Source of the DNA: Phycisphaerae bacterium
Lineage (GTDB): Bacteria; Planctomycetota; Phycisphaerae; UBA1845
Direction: 5' to 3'
DNA: 64,000 nucleotides
Assembly (NCBI GenBank): GCA_963666835.2
Contig: CAXXGO010000001.1
Span: 2,016,001-2,080,000, forward strand
Of this stretch, positions 38,726 to 48,871 are shown piece by piece; position 1 is the stretch's first letter; each line of letters begins with the position of its first letter. A program made the position numbers and the translations under genes. The notes beneath the pieces are model-generated. The model saw nothing but the letters and a program-made list of their open reading frames with translations, had not been told where the DNA came from and made no database searches.

Positions 38726-41700
38726 TTACGCTTTTGCCTTGACGGTATCGGCGGCGGCCAGACTCTCCGGGGTCTCGCCTTCGGGTATCGGGCAACTGAA
38801 CTTGCACTTCGGGTACTTGCTACAGCCGAGGAACTTGCCACTTCTCCCCGTTCGGATCACCATCGGCTCACCGCACTCTTCGCAGGGCACCATGGTCGGG
38901 ATCGGCTTGGGCCGGGCGGCGCCGGGAACCTCGATCTCGGCCTGTTTCTTCGCCTGCCCGCGCATGTTCGCGATAAACGAACATTTCGGATAGGCCGTGC
39001 AACCGAAGTAGGGTCCGAACCGCCCGGTCTTGATGGCGATCTCGCTTCCGCAATCCGGGCAGGTCAGCGGCTCCTCGGGCCAGGTCTCCACAACCGGTCG
39101 CCCGGTACGAGTCCAGGCGAACCCAGGCGGAGGCGGACCTAGCGCGGCGATATCCACTTTGCCGGACTTGTCGCGGGGGAGCTTAGCCGCGGCGGCTTTG
39201 CTCTTCTTGTTGTCGCTGCCCGGCGGCGGGGGATCGGGGATCTGCCCGGCTTCGAGCATCGCCCGCAGATCGTCCAGCTTGTCCATGGGCAGAGCATTGC
39301 GGCATCGCGGGAACCCGGAGCAACTCAGGAATGGGCCGCGCCGCCCTTGCCGGATAACGATCGGTCGCCCGCATTTGTCGCAGCGGACACCGGCCTCGGC
39401 CGGCTTGGGCTTCTCGACGTACAGACCCTCGGGAATCGACTTGGTGGCCTTGCATTTCGGATAAGCGGAGCAGCCGAGGAACGACCGCCCGCGGGCGAAC
39501 TTGACCACCATGTCGGAGTCGCACTCGGGGCACTTCTCTTTGATGTCCTCGGGTTTGACCTTCCTGAGCGCATTGCCGTGTTCATCGCTGGGGAGCGTGT
39601 GGTCGCAGTCAGGATAACCGGAGCAACCGAGGAACGGCCCCATCCGACTTCTACGGAGGATCATCGGCTTTCCGCACTTCTCACAGGGCTCCGCTGCTAC
39701 GACCGCCTCGACGGGTTTGCCGTCGGAGTCGATATTCATGGAGACCTTGCATTCCGGATAGGCCGAGCAGGAGAGGAACCGACCGTTTCTTCCAAACCGA
39801 TATACCAACTTCTTCCCGCATTCCGGACAGTCGTAGTCGCTCGGTTCGGCGAGCGCCCGCGTCATCTCAACCCGAGCCGCGTCCAGGGCGGACTTGAAAG
39901 GCTGATAGAACTCACCGAGCACGTGGACCCAGTCCAGATGGGCCTCCTCGATCTTGTCAAGCTCCTCCTCCATGTACGACGTGAACTTCACGTCCATCAC
40001 CTTGGGGAAATGCTCGACAAGCTTTTCGGTAACAACCTCGCCACGAGCCGTCGGGTGCAGCTTTTTGTCGATCAACTCGACATATTGGCGGTCCTGAATC
40101 GTTTGGATCACGGCCGCGTAGGTGCTGGGGCGGCCGATGCCCTCCGCTTCCATCTTCTTGACCAAAGCAGCTTCCGAAAACCGCGGCGGCGGCGAGGTGT
40201 GCAACTGTTGCGGGTTGAAGTCGACCGGAGCCGTTTCTTGGCCGGTTTCGATTTCAGGCAATTCGACCTGATCGCCGTTCGTCTGACCCATCACCCGCAG
40301 GTATCCGTCAAAGACCAGGCGGCGTCCGCTGGTTCGGAACACGGCCTCTCCCAACGAGGTTTCCCCCGCGATGAGTATTGTCGTGTTATCCCACTGCGCC
40401 GGTGACATCTGACAGGCAACGAAACGCCGCCAGATAAGACCGTAAAGCCGGTATTGCTCGGGGGTCAGGCTCTGGCGCAGGGCTTCCGGTCGATGCGTCG
40501 TTTGCGTCGGACGGATTGCCTCGTGAGCCTCTTGAGCGCGCTTGGCCTTGGCGAACACGTTGGGTTTGCCCGGCACATACTGGTCGCCATGCTCCTGGCT
40601 GATGAAGGCCCGCACCGCCGCCACGGACTCTGCGCTGAGGTTCGTGGAGTCCGTTCGCATGTAAGTAATCAGACCGACCGGCCCGTCCTTGTCTCCCAGA
40701 TCCACGCCCTCGTACAGTTGCTGCGCGACCCGCATGGTGCGCGAAGGGGCGAAACCCAGCTCGCTGGAGGCCGCCTGCTGGAGCGTGGCCGTGGTGAACG
40801 GGGGGTTGGGTTTGGTCGTAGTGCGTCGCTTCTGAATGTCCTTGATAGAGAACGGAGGGCACGCGTTCGGATCGGTTCGGCCCTTCAGGGTAATTCTCTT
40901 GAGACCTTTGTCGGCGTAGGCCTCCCACTCGCGCTCCTGGACCTCCTCCGTGACGAAGCCGCATGCTTCCACGGCCTTCTGCGCCTCGGTGACCTCCGTC
41001 GGACGGAAGTCCGCCCCGCCTAGCTTAATCAAGTCTGCGTAGAGGCAGCGATGCTCGGACAGCCAGGCGTTTCGCTCTTTTACGGTCGGGCCGGATTCGG
41101 CTTCGCCGCTTCCGGCTTGGAACTTTGCCCACGCTTCGCGGAGGCTCGGTGCCGCAGCTGGCTCAACCGCGAAGCACCCGGAGATCCGCCAGGATTCCTC
41201 AGGGATAAAGGACCGGATCTCCCTCTCCCGCTCCACGATCAGTCTGACCGCGACCGATTGGACCCGACCGGCCGAGAGCCCTTTGCCCAGCTTATCCTGC
41301 AGGAGCGGGCTAAGCTGGTACCCGACGATCCGATCGAGGAGCCGGCGGGCCTGCTGGGCGTTCACTTTGTCCATATCAAGGTGGTGAGGGTTCGCAAACG
41401 CGGCCTGGATGGCGGTTTTGGTGATTTCGTTGAAAACGACCCGGCTGGTGCTCTTGTCTTCCAGTTCCAGGGCGTGGACCAGGTGCCAGGCGATGGCCTC
41501 GCCCTCGCGGTCAAGGTCGGTCGCCAGAAACACGGAATCGGCCTTGCTTGCCGCCTTCCTGAGCGCTGTCACGATCTTCTTCTTAGCGGCGAGCAGCTCG
41601 TAGGCCGGCTCGAAGCTGTTTTCGATGTCGATCCCGAAATCCTTGGGCGGGAGATCTCGGACGTGGCCCATACTGGCCATAACTTCGAATCCGGAGCCCA

Positions 41701-41782
41701 GGTATCGGTTAATCGTTTTGGCTTTCGCTGGAGATTCGACGATAACCAATGATTTTGCATGATGTTGCGATTTCTTCGCCAT
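38726..41782 (-). CDS. topA: DNA topoisomerase I with six C-terminal zinc ribbons
   Basis: LVIVESPAKAKTI, ATDLDREGEAIAWH, SAGRVQS, GLITYMRTDS and GIGRPSTYA motifs. Confidence 0.97.
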   Translation of the reverse strand: MAKKSQHHAKSLVIVESPAKAKTINRYLGSGFEVMASMGHVRDLPPKDFGIDIENSFEPAYELLAAKKKIVTALRKAASKADSVFLATDLDREGEAIAWHLVHALELEDKSTSRVVFNEITKTAIQAAFANPHHLDMDKVNAQQARRLLDRIVGYQLSPLLQDKLGKGLSAGRVQSVAVRLIVEREREIRSFIPEESWRISGCFAVEPAAAPSLREAWAKFQAGSGEAESGPTVKERNAWLSEHRCLYADLIKLGGADFRPTEVTEAQKAVEACGFVTEEVQEREWEAYADKGLKRITLKGRTDPNACPPFSIKDIQKRRTTTKPNPPFTTATLQQAASSELGFAPSRTMRVAQQLYEGVDLGDKDGPVGLITYMRTDSTNLSAESVAAVRAFISQEHGDQYVPGKPNVFAKAKRAQEAHEAIRPTQTTHRPEALRQSLTPEQYRLYGLIWRRFVACQMSPAQWDNTTILIAGETSLGEAVFRTSGRRLVFDGYLRVMGQTNGDQVELPEIETGQETAPVDFNPQQLHTSPPPRFSEAALVKKMEAEGIGRPSTYAAVIQTIQDRQYVELIDKKLHPTARGEVVTEKLVEHFPKVMDVKFTSYMEEELDKIEEAHLDWVHVLGEFYQPFKSALDAARVEMTRALAEPSDYDCPECGKKLVYRFGRNGRFLSCSAYPECKVSMNIDSDGKPVEAVVAAEPCEKCGKPMILRRSRMGPFLGCSGYPDCDHTLPSDEHGNALRKVKPEDIKEKCPECDSDMVVKFARGRSFLGCSAYPKCKATKSIPEGLYVEKPKPAEAGVRCDKCGRPIVIRQGRRGPFLSCSGFPRCRNALPMDKLDDLRAMLEAGQIPDPPPPGSDNKKSKAAAAKLPRDKSGKVDIAALGPPPPGFAWTRTGRPVVETWPEEPLTCPDCGSEIAIKTGRFGPYFGCTAYPKCSFIANMRGQAKKQAEIEVPGAARPKPIPTMVPCEECGEPMVIRTGRSGKFLGCSKYPKCKFSCPIPEGETPESLAAADTVKAKA

Positions 41783-42051
41783 GCCGAAGCACCTTCACGA
41801 GGATAGACCGACCCAGCTTTTCGCCGGGTAACGGTCCTTAATATCGGCGCCAAGGCGTGGATACTCCACCCGGTGTTAATTGGGGCCACCCCAGCGTTGG
41901 TTCGGGGCGATTTAGCAGGACCGAGCGGGGCTGTCAAACCGATGTTGCGCTGTTAAGCTGTAGCCGCTTGATTTCGGCGTACAACCAACTATATTGGTAC
42001 GCCTCGACTCGAAGATTGGTAACATCCTACAGAATAAGGATTTACGTCGCC

Positions 42052-43926
42052 ATGATGAAGTTCTTTCGCAAGTACAACAAGGCACTCCTAGCCGTATTTA
42101 TGGCCTTGCTGATGATCGTTTTCGTCGGCGGACAGGCTCTGGAGAGCCTTTTGGCCCCCCAGAGAGACCCGGTCATTGCGGAAAGCGCCCTGGGACCGAT
42201 CAAGGTCTCCGATCGGCGCGTCGCTGATGCGACTACCAAAATGATTGCTGCGAGCAGCTTCAACTGGAAGACCCCGTTTGGGGGCGAGCCAATCGACATC
42301 ATTGATTGGATCCTCCTTACGCGCGAGGCGGAGCGCTATCAGACGGCGGTGAGCCCGGCGGCGGCTCGCGTCATTTTGGGGGGAGAAGAAGGGGCCAGGC
42401 GGTTCCGCCAGTTAGCTCGGCAGTTGCGGGTTAAATATGAACACGTGATGGCGGCGGTGAGCGAGTACCTCTCGGTGCGGGGGACCGCGTCGTTGGTGCT
42501 CAGTGCGGCCGTGCCTAGTGAGGCGGAGGTGCGGTACGCGGCGCGGATGGTGCTGGACAAGGTGAAGGTCGGCGCCGTGGTGCTGCCAGCGGAGGCGTTC
42601 AAGGAGGACGGTTACGAGCCGACGGACGCTGAGATTGAGGCTCAATGGTCCGAGTACAAAGACGACGAGCGTGGGTACGGTCTGAACTTCGGCTACTTCG
42701 TGCCGGTCCGCGTGGCGGTGCAGTACATTAAGGTAGACCGGGACGCGATTAGCGAGTCCATCGGTGTCGCCAACATAGAAAAGAAGGCGAAACACTACTT
42801 CGACGAGCACCGAAGCTCCGATCCGGAGTTCTTGCGGATTGGTGGCGGAGAAGAGGATTCGGCCTATCTGGATTGGGAGGAAGCGAAGGACGCAGCGATT
42901 CGTATCGTCCGCCGCGAACAGGCCGACGATGCGGCGGCTAACATCGCGAACTGGCTGCTGCAATACGATGCCGAGAAGTGGGTCGGCGCAGAGTTCGTCG
43001 AACTCGAAAAGGGTGAATATACCGGGTATCGCCAGCCCCCGGAGAAAGTGGCTGAGTTGGGCTATTACGAGGGGATCTTGGAGAACATGCCCAAGACCAT
43101 TGCGTATCGGGACGCGGTCACGGTGGTTAAGACCGACTTCTTCGGGCAGGACGAGGCGTCGAAGGTTCCGGAGATCGGGCGGGCAACGTATCGGCCGCAG
43201 AGCGGGTATTCGTGGCGCACGCTCCGGGATCTGGCGTTCCGGAGCGAGGCGGTAGTCGACAGAATCCCGCGGGATGCCGAGGTGGATCGGGCCGAGTATA
43301 CCTCGCTGTTCCAGACCTCGCCGTACGTGTTGAAAGACTCGACCGGAAACCTCTATGTTTTCCGGGTCGTCGATTCGAAACCGAAGCACATTGCGGAATC
43401 GGTTGCGGAGGTTCGCGAGCAGGTGGTCGAAGACCTCAAGCTGGCGAAAGGCATGGCGATCGCGCTAGCGCGGGCGGAAGGGCTCCGAAGCTGCAGCCCG
43501 GATGTCAGTTTGCAGGAGGCCTTCGAAAGCGACGCTGAGCTGATGGGGATGGAAGGCTCCGGGGTCGGCTTCGCCGAGTCGTCGCCGGTGGCGCGGTATA
43601 CCACTTCCGAGATTACCTCCGGGCAAAGGAACCCGACGAAATATGTCGGAATCGGGATCGGAGCGGTTCCGTCCGAAATCGTCGATAAGTGGTTCCAGCT
43701 CGAGGGCGGGTGGGAGCGAACGGCGGTTTATGAACTGAAGGACCGGGCGGCTGTTATGGTTGTGGAGTGGACGGAAAGCCAGCCGGCGAGGATCGATCAG
43801 TTCGAACAGCAACGCGAGCAGCTCGCCACGCAGATGAAGACCGCCCGCCAGGCTCAGGCGATAAGTGACTGGTTCAAACCGGACAACATCCGAGCTCGTA
43901 ACCAGTTCAAGGTCGTGGAACAGTAG
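42052..43926 (+). CDS. Membrane-anchored periplasmic chaperone-like protein (PpiD/SurA-N-like)
   Basis: MMKFFRKYNK + TM anchor, and PTDAEIEAQW...VPVRVAVQYI resembling PpiD; no clear PPIase motif. Confidence 0.65.
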   Translation: MMKFFRKYNKALLAVFMALLMIVFVGGQALESLLAPQRDPVIAESALGPIKVSDRRVADATTKMIAASSFNWKTPFGGEPIDIIDWILLTREAERYQTAVSPAAARVILGGEEGARRFRQLARQLRVKYEHVMAAVSEYLSVRGTASLVLSAAVPSEAEVRYAARMVLDKVKVGAVVLPAEAFKEDGYEPTDAEIEAQWSEYKDDERGYGLNFGYFVPVRVAVQYIKVDRDAISESIGVANIEKKAKHYFDEHRSSDPEFLRIGGGEEDSAYLDWEEAKDAAIRIVRREQADDAAANIANWLLQYDAEKWVGAEFVELEKGEYTGYRQPPEKVAELGYYEGILENMPKTIAYRDAVTVVKTDFFGQDEASKVPEIGRATYRPQSGYSWRTLRDLAFRSEAVVDRIPRDAEVDRAEYTSLFQTSPYVLKDSTGNLYVFRVVDSKPKHIAESVAEVREQVVEDLKLAKGMAIALARAEGLRSCSPDVSLQEAFESDAELMGMEGSGVGFAESSPVARYTTSEITSGQRNPTKYVGIGIGAVPSEIVDKWFQLEGGWERTAVYELKDRAAVMVVEWTESQPARIDQFEQQREQLATQMKTARQAQAISDWFKPDNIRARNQFKVVEQ

Positions 43927-44005
43927 GTGGGACGGTTGCAGGGTCCGTGCCCGACACCGCTGAAAGGCTGATCGCGGAACGGGGCGACCATGTTGCCCCG
44001 GCGGA

Positions 44006-44485
44006 TCAGGTGTCTTCGGCCTCTCCGCCGTAGATGCCGCGCTCGCAGGCGATGGTGAAGGTCTCGACGGTCCCCTTGAATAGTTCCCAGGCAGCGCGGA
44101 TGCGATCGGCTTCCGCCGGTTCGATCTTTCCGTCGTCCTCAATCGACTTAGTGACGGTCAGCAGCAACTGGCTGAATTCCTTGACCATTCGCTGGGTGTT
44201 GACCAGCAGCTCCGTACTGGCGTCCGGGGGCGCTTCCTTGGGGTTGGTGACGAAAAAGCCCCCGGCCTCGTGACACAGCCAGTTCACGACGTTGGGGTCG
44301 TTGGTCTGTCGAACGATGTCTGCCAGACGATCGAGAGGGTTACGGGCTCCGCTGGCGTCCGGGTCGTTGGGGTCGCACTCCTGGCACCATTTGTAGATCA
44401 AGGCGGGCGATAGCCGCAACGACGCGGCCAGGGCTTTCACCCCGATACTGTCGGCGGCACGTCTGAGCACCTCGTGAGACCGCAT
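44006..44485 (-). CDS. Hypothetical HTH protein (phage CII regulatory-like)
   Basis: GVKALAASLRLSPALIYKW, NPLDRL and DGKIEPAEADRI pattern. Confidence 0.65.
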   Translation of the reverse strand: MRSHEVLRRAADSIGVKALAASLRLSPALIYKWCQECDPNDPDASGARNPLDRLADIVRQTNDPNVVNWLCHEAGGFFVTNPKEAPPDASTELLVNTQRMVKEFSQLLLTVTKSIEDDGKIEPAEADRIRAAWELFKGTVETFTIACERGIYGGEAEDT

Positions 44486-44609
44486 GGGAAACTCCTTTGT
44501 CTTCCTGTGAACCGGCCGGTTGATCGGGCCGGGTGCTACGAATCCGTCGGCCGGTATACTATCCGCTGTGGTGCCCGGTATCCACGGTTGAATACAAGGC
44601 GTAAGAGCT

Positions 44610-45500
44610 GTGTCCGTCGAACACGTTCAGACCAAGCACGAGATCGAGCAGCTCCTAACCGGCGCGGGGTCGCACCCCCGCAAGCGGTTCGGACAGCACT
44701 TTCTGATCGACGGCAACCTGATGCGCCGGCTGGTGGAGAGTGCCGAGATTGAGCCGGGTGATGTCGTCCTTGAGGTAGGCGGCGGGACCGGCGGTCTGAC
44801 CGATCTGCTGGTCGGCCGGGCGGCGCGGGTGGTGTGCGTGGAGATCGATCGCGACTTGCAGTCTCTATTGATGCACCGGTTTGCTTCCGTCGGTGGCTTC
44901 ACCCTGATCTGCGATGACGTCCTCGAAACCAAGCACCGGATTCGCGCCGAGGTGGCGGAGGCTATCGGCAGACGCGGCGACGATGCGACGGGGGTGGTCA
45001 AGCTCGTGGCCAACCTGCCGTATCAGGTGGCTACGCCGCTGGTTATGAACCTGCTGATCGGGTTCCCCCAGGTACGACGCCTTTGTTTTACCGTGCAGGC
45101 GGAAGTGGGGGATAGGGTCGCGGCCTGTGCCGGCGGCAGGGACTATGGTCCGTTGAGCATCATCACGCGGTTGCTTTGTGATGTAGATGTGGTCGCCCGG
45201 ATCCCCCCGCAAGCGTTTTGGCCTCGCCCGGCCGTGCAGTCGGTGATGGTACGTTTGGTTGTCAAGGATTCGCCGGTGCTCCGGGGCGAGGAGTTGGTCG
45301 AGTTCTCGCAGTTGCTCCGGGCGGTTTTCGATCATCGGCGCAAGACCCTTCGGGCGGCGCTGGCGTACGCCGTCGACAAAGATATGCGCGAAAGGCTATG
45401 CCAGGCATGTGACGCTACGCGAAGGCCGGAGTCTTTCGAAGTGGAAGAGTGGCTATCGCTGTTTCGGCTGGTTCGAGGCGGAGGAGAGGGGGGAGCGTGA
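44610..45500 (+). CDS. rsmA: 16S rRNA m6,2A1518/1519 dimethyltransferase
   Basis: KRFGQHFLID, VLEVGGGTG, VANLPY, FWPRPAVQS and HRRKTLR motifs. Confidence 0.95.
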   Translation: MSVEHVQTKHEIEQLLTGAGSHPRKRFGQHFLIDGNLMRRLVESAEIEPGDVVLEVGGGTGGLTDLLVGRAARVVCVEIDRDLQSLLMHRFASVGGFTLICDDVLETKHRIRAEVAEAIGRRGDDATGVVKLVANLPYQVATPLVMNLLIGFPQVRRLCFTVQAEVGDRVAACAGGRDYGPLSIITRLLCDVDVVARIPPQAFWPRPAVQSVMVRLVVKDSPVLRGEELVEFSQLLRAVFDHRRKTLRAALAYAVDKDMRERLCQACDATRRPESFEVEEWLSLFRLVRGGGEGGA

Positions 45501-46507
45501 GCGAGGCGATTGAGCCGGCGGTGGATTCGGTTCTGGTGATTGCGGTCCGCCGAAGACGGAAGCGGACGAGCTTTCTGATCGGAATGTTGGAGTGGGCGAC
45601 GATTATCGTCGGCGTGCTCACTCTTGCGGCGTGTTGCGGGCGACTCTGGTGGATATTGGAGCTGACGTGCCACTTCCGGGTCCAGTATCTGGCGTTTCTG
45701 GCAGTGGGTGCCGCCGTGTTTCTGTTGGTGGGGCGGTGGCGGGCGGCAGCGGCGGCGGTGTTTTTGGCAGCGCTGAATCTGGTTCCGATCCTCCCGTTGT
45801 ACATCGGCGGATCAACCGTCCGTGCCGAAGGCGAAGCGGTTCGGGCGCTGCTGTGGAACGTGAACACGGCCAATACGTCCCATGCTGACGTTATAGAGTA
45901 CATTCGCGAGTCTGCTCCGGACTTTGTGGTGCTCTTGGAGCTTGATGGGGAGTGGATCGGGGTACTGGATCGCGGGTTGAGTGACTATCCGCATAGGTGC
46001 AGTCGGGGGCGTAGCGACAATTTCGGGCTGGGGTTGTATAGCCGATATCCGATCGAATCCGGCGGGATTGTGAGCATAGGGGTGGCCGAAGTGCCGTCGG
46101 TTGAGGTTCGTATCGATATCGATGGGCAGTTGCTCACGGTGATCGGGACGCACCCGCCGCCTCCGAAGAATCCGGAGTACGTGCACGGTCGCGATAGCCA
46201 ACTTGCGGAGCTGGCCCGGCTAACCGCCGGTATGGAAGGACCGCGCGTCGTTCTTGGTGACTTGAACGCGACACCATGGTGTCCGGTGTTCATGGATCTG
46301 TTGCGTGATTCGGGTTTGCGTGACGCCCGCCGTGGTTTCGGGCTCCATCCCACCTGGCCGGCGATTATGCCGCTATTGGGGATTCCCATCGATCATGTTC
46401 TGGTGTCTGATGGGGTTGAAGTGCGCGATTTCTCCGTCGGACCGAGTCACGGATCGGACCACCACGCCGTCGTGGTCGACTTGGTTCTACCCGCCGCGGA
46501 TGACTGA
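45497..46507 (+). CDS. Membrane-anchored endonuclease/exonuclease/phosphatase (EEP) family protein
   Basis: ELTCHFRVQY, WNV, GDLNATPW, PIDHVLVS and GSDHHAV motifs; GTGA overlap with rsmA. Confidence 0.88.
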   Translation: MSEAIEPAVDSVLVIAVRRRRKRTSFLIGMLEWATIIVGVLTLAACCGRLWWILELTCHFRVQYLAFLAVGAAVFLLVGRWRAAAAAVFLAALNLVPILPLYIGGSTVRAEGEAVRALLWNVNTANTSHADVIEYIRESAPDFVVLLELDGEWIGVLDRGLSDYPHRCSRGRSDNFGLGLYSRYPIESGGIVSIGVAEVPSVEVRIDIDGQLLTVIGTHPPPPKNPEYVHGRDSQLAELARLTAGMEGPRVVLGDLNATPWCPVFMDLLRDSGLRDARRGFGLHPTWPAIMPLLGIPIDHVLVSDGVEVRDFSVGPSHGSDHHAVVVDLVLPAADD

Positions 46508-46563
46508 CGCGGCGGCATACTTGCGGGTCACGGTTACCGGCAATGTCAAGAGTGTGCCACCGC

Positions 46564-46680
46564 TCAGTACCGCGACCGTGGGGGAGTGGCGCTGCTGTGT
46601 CAACGAGTCGTGGCGTGTCGGTCAAGGGCGGGTCGCTTACGCTCGCCGTACTGATTGCGGCGGGTCGCTCACGCTCGCGA
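46564..46680. repeat. Inverted pair of a second palindromic repeat family
   Basis: TCAGTACCGCGACCGT at 46564 versus CGCTTACGCTCGCCGTACTGA at 46634-46654, plus GGTCGCTCACGCTCGCG; the same motif occurs near 36129. Confidence 0.55.
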
Positions 46681-46699
46681 TAGAGCACCGCAGGCGGGT

Positions 46700-47698
46700 G
46701 TAGGGCAGCGTCGAGGCACGAGACCTGCCGTGGTGTTCGCGCAATGCGCGCCGTTGTGGCAGGTCTCGTACCTCGACCGTGCCCTACAGGGTCCTTGCGC
46801 GTCGCGCGTCGTTGTGGCAGGTCTCGTGCCTCGACCGTGCCCTACAGGGTCCTTGCGCGGCGTGCGCCGTTGCGGCAGGTCTCGTACCTCGACCGTGCCC
46901 TACAAGGCCTTCGCGTGGCGCGCGCCGTTGTGGCAGGTCTCGTACCTCGACCGTGCCCTACAGGGTCCTTGCGCGGCGTGCGCCGTTGTGGCAGGTCTCG
47001 TACCTCGACCGTGCCCTACAAGGTCTTCGCGCGATGCACGCCGTCGTGGCAGGTCTCGTGCCTCGACCGTGCCCTACAGGGTCCTTGCGCGGCGCGCGCC
47101 GTTGTGGCAGGTCTCGTGCCTCGACCGTGCCCTACAAGGCCTTCGCGCGACGTGCGCCGTCGTGGCAGGTCTCGTACCTCGACCGTGCCCTACAAGGCCT
47201 TCGCGCGATGCGCGGCGTTGTGGCAGGTCTCGGGCCTCGGCAGTGTCGTAAGCGAAGCCCCTCGGGGCGACAGGTTCTTTAGCCCCACGGCGTAAGCCTG
47301 GGGGAACCGTGCGGTCGCTTCGCGCTAAGCCCCCTCGGGGGCGGCAGAGGGTATGACGCTTGGAACAAACACCGGTGATTATACATCATAAGGGGAGCAC
47401 GTTGGCGACGGCCGGGAGCGCTTCGATCATCGAAGTGCCGCCCCTGGGGGCTTGGGTTGATGTGCGACGCGATCCCGCGGCTTACGCCGCGGGCTGCGCA
47501 GAGCTGCCGCCCTGACGGGCTGGTCCCGCGAGACACACAGGTGGCACATATTCGTGCAACTCACACCACTGCGGCCGTGATGGCAGGTCTCGCGCGGCGC
47601 GCGACGTTGTGGCAGGTCTCGTGCCTCGACCGTGCCCTACAAGGTCTTCGCGCGGCGCGCGACGTTGTGGCAGGTCTCGTACCTCGACCGTGCCCTAC
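46700..47698. repeat. 58-bp-period tandem array of a 30-bp GTAG-type REP hairpin
   Basis: GGCAGGTCTCGTRCCTCGACCGTGCCCTAC at 46758, 46816, 46874, 46932, 46990, 47048, 47106, 47164, partial at 47222 and 47582, full at 47611 and 47669; inverted copy at 46700-46729; the 28-bp linkers are homologous to one another. Confidence 0.92.
47256..47521. repeat. About 266-bp composite inverted-repeat element interrupting the array
   Basis: Left arm AGCCCCTCGGGGCGACAG..AGCCCCACGGCGTAAGCCTGGGGA mirrors right arm TCCCGCGGCTTACGCCGCGGGCT..CTGCCGCCCTGACGGGCT; inner pair near 47327 and 47435. Confidence 0.7.
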
Positions 47699-47843
47699 AG
47701 GGTTTTCCAGATTCCCGGGTCAACCGAGAACGGTACGTGTCGGTGGTGATCGCGCGTCGCGGAAACAGAGGTCGGGCCAGGGATTGCGTCGGACGAGGCT
47801 CCGCGGGAACTTGTCAAGGGTTGCGTCCGTCAGAGAATTAGGG

Positions 47844-48401
47844 AGTCCGGTAGGTCGGGCTCAGCCCGACATACGCCTGCAAAGGCGAGCATTACCGGGA
47901 CGCCGGGCGTAGGACGACCCACTTGTTGGTACTGTGGCAAGAGTGTTTCTGGGGCTCGTAACCCGAGATCCGCGGCCGGTCTTCTTTTTCGATGGACTTG
48001 TGCTAAGAAAACGGTGCGTCATACGTATTGATCTGTGGAAAGCGAAGTCGAGACGGGCAGGGGCTTATGGCTGACGCTGATATTCCGACGAAGGTTGCGT
48101 GGGTACGAACCGCGCTGGATCAGTCCGGTAGGTCGGGCTCAGCCCGACATACGCCTGCAAAGGCGAGCATTACCGGGACGCCGGGGGAGGACGACCTGCT
48201 TGTTGGTACTGTGGCGAAGGTGTTTCTGGGTTTCGTAACCCGAGATCCGCGGCCGGTCTTCTTTTTCGATGGACTTGTGCTAAGAAAACGGTGCGTCATA
48301 CGTATTGATCTGTGGAAAGCGAAGTCGAGACGGGCAGGGGCTTATGGCTGACGCTGATATTCCGACGAAGGTTGCGTGGGTACGAACCGCGCTGGATCAG
48401 T
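47844..48401 (+). repeat. Tandem duplication (278 + 277 bp) of the ECF sigma promoter and first 19 codons
   Basis: AGTCCGGTAGGTCGGGCTC... starts at both 47844 and 48122, and both copies end ...GCGCTGGATCAGT. Confidence 0.95.
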
Positions 48402-48871
48402 ATGAGGCCCCGCTTGTGCGCTACGCCGCCCGGATTACCGGAGACGTCGATCGGGCGCGCGACGTAGTGCAGGAGACGTTCCTCAGGCTTTGTACTGAGC
48501 CGCGTGCGAAGGTCGATGGGCATTTGCGCGAGTGGCTGTTCGCCGTTTGCCGTAACCAGGCCGTGGACGTTCTGAGGAAGGAGGGCCGGATGAGATCGCT
48601 GAGCGATGCCGCCGTCGAGACCCACGCCAGTCGGGCCGAATCGCCCCCGGCCGTGGCCGAGGGACGCGAAGCGGCGAGTGACGTGGTTCGCGTGCTCTCG
48701 GGGCTTCCGGACAACCAGCAGGAGGTAATCCGCCTGCGGTTCCAGAACGGTTTGAGCTATCGCGAGATAAGCGCGGTAACGGAGCTGACGGTGAGTAACG
48801 TCGGCTATCTGATTCACATGGCCATCAAGGCGATTCGCGAGAAGCTCAGCGACCGGGAGGCGGAGAAGTGA
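48344..48871 (+). CDS. ECF sigma-70 factor
   Basis: ARDVVQETFLRL, WLFAVCRNQAVD and LPDNQQEVIRLRFQNGLSYREIS motifs. Confidence 0.93.
   Translation: MADADIPTKVAWVRTALDQYEAPLVRYAARITGDVDRARDVVQETFLRLCTEPRAKVDGHLREWLFAVCRNQAVDVLRKEGRMRSLSDAAVETHASRAESPPAVAEGREAASDVVRVLSGLPDNQQEVIRLRFQNGLSYREISAVTELTVSNVGYLIHMAIKAIREKLSDREAEK

Noticed and set aside
44006..44485. Prophage remnant suggested by the CII-like gene
   Set aside because: It is a single gene among housekeeping genes (topA, rsmA) with no other phage signal.
46758..47240. CRISPR array (30-bp repeat with 28-bp spacers)
   Set aside because: The spacers are homologous to each other, an inverted copy heads the array, the unit recurs at 35.9 kb with a GTAG foot, and there are no cas genes or AT-rich leader.
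46655..47912. Repetitive ORFs in all three frames over the array
   Set aside because: They are by-products of a 58-bp GC-rich tandem repeat with few stop codons, with no SD or domain signal.
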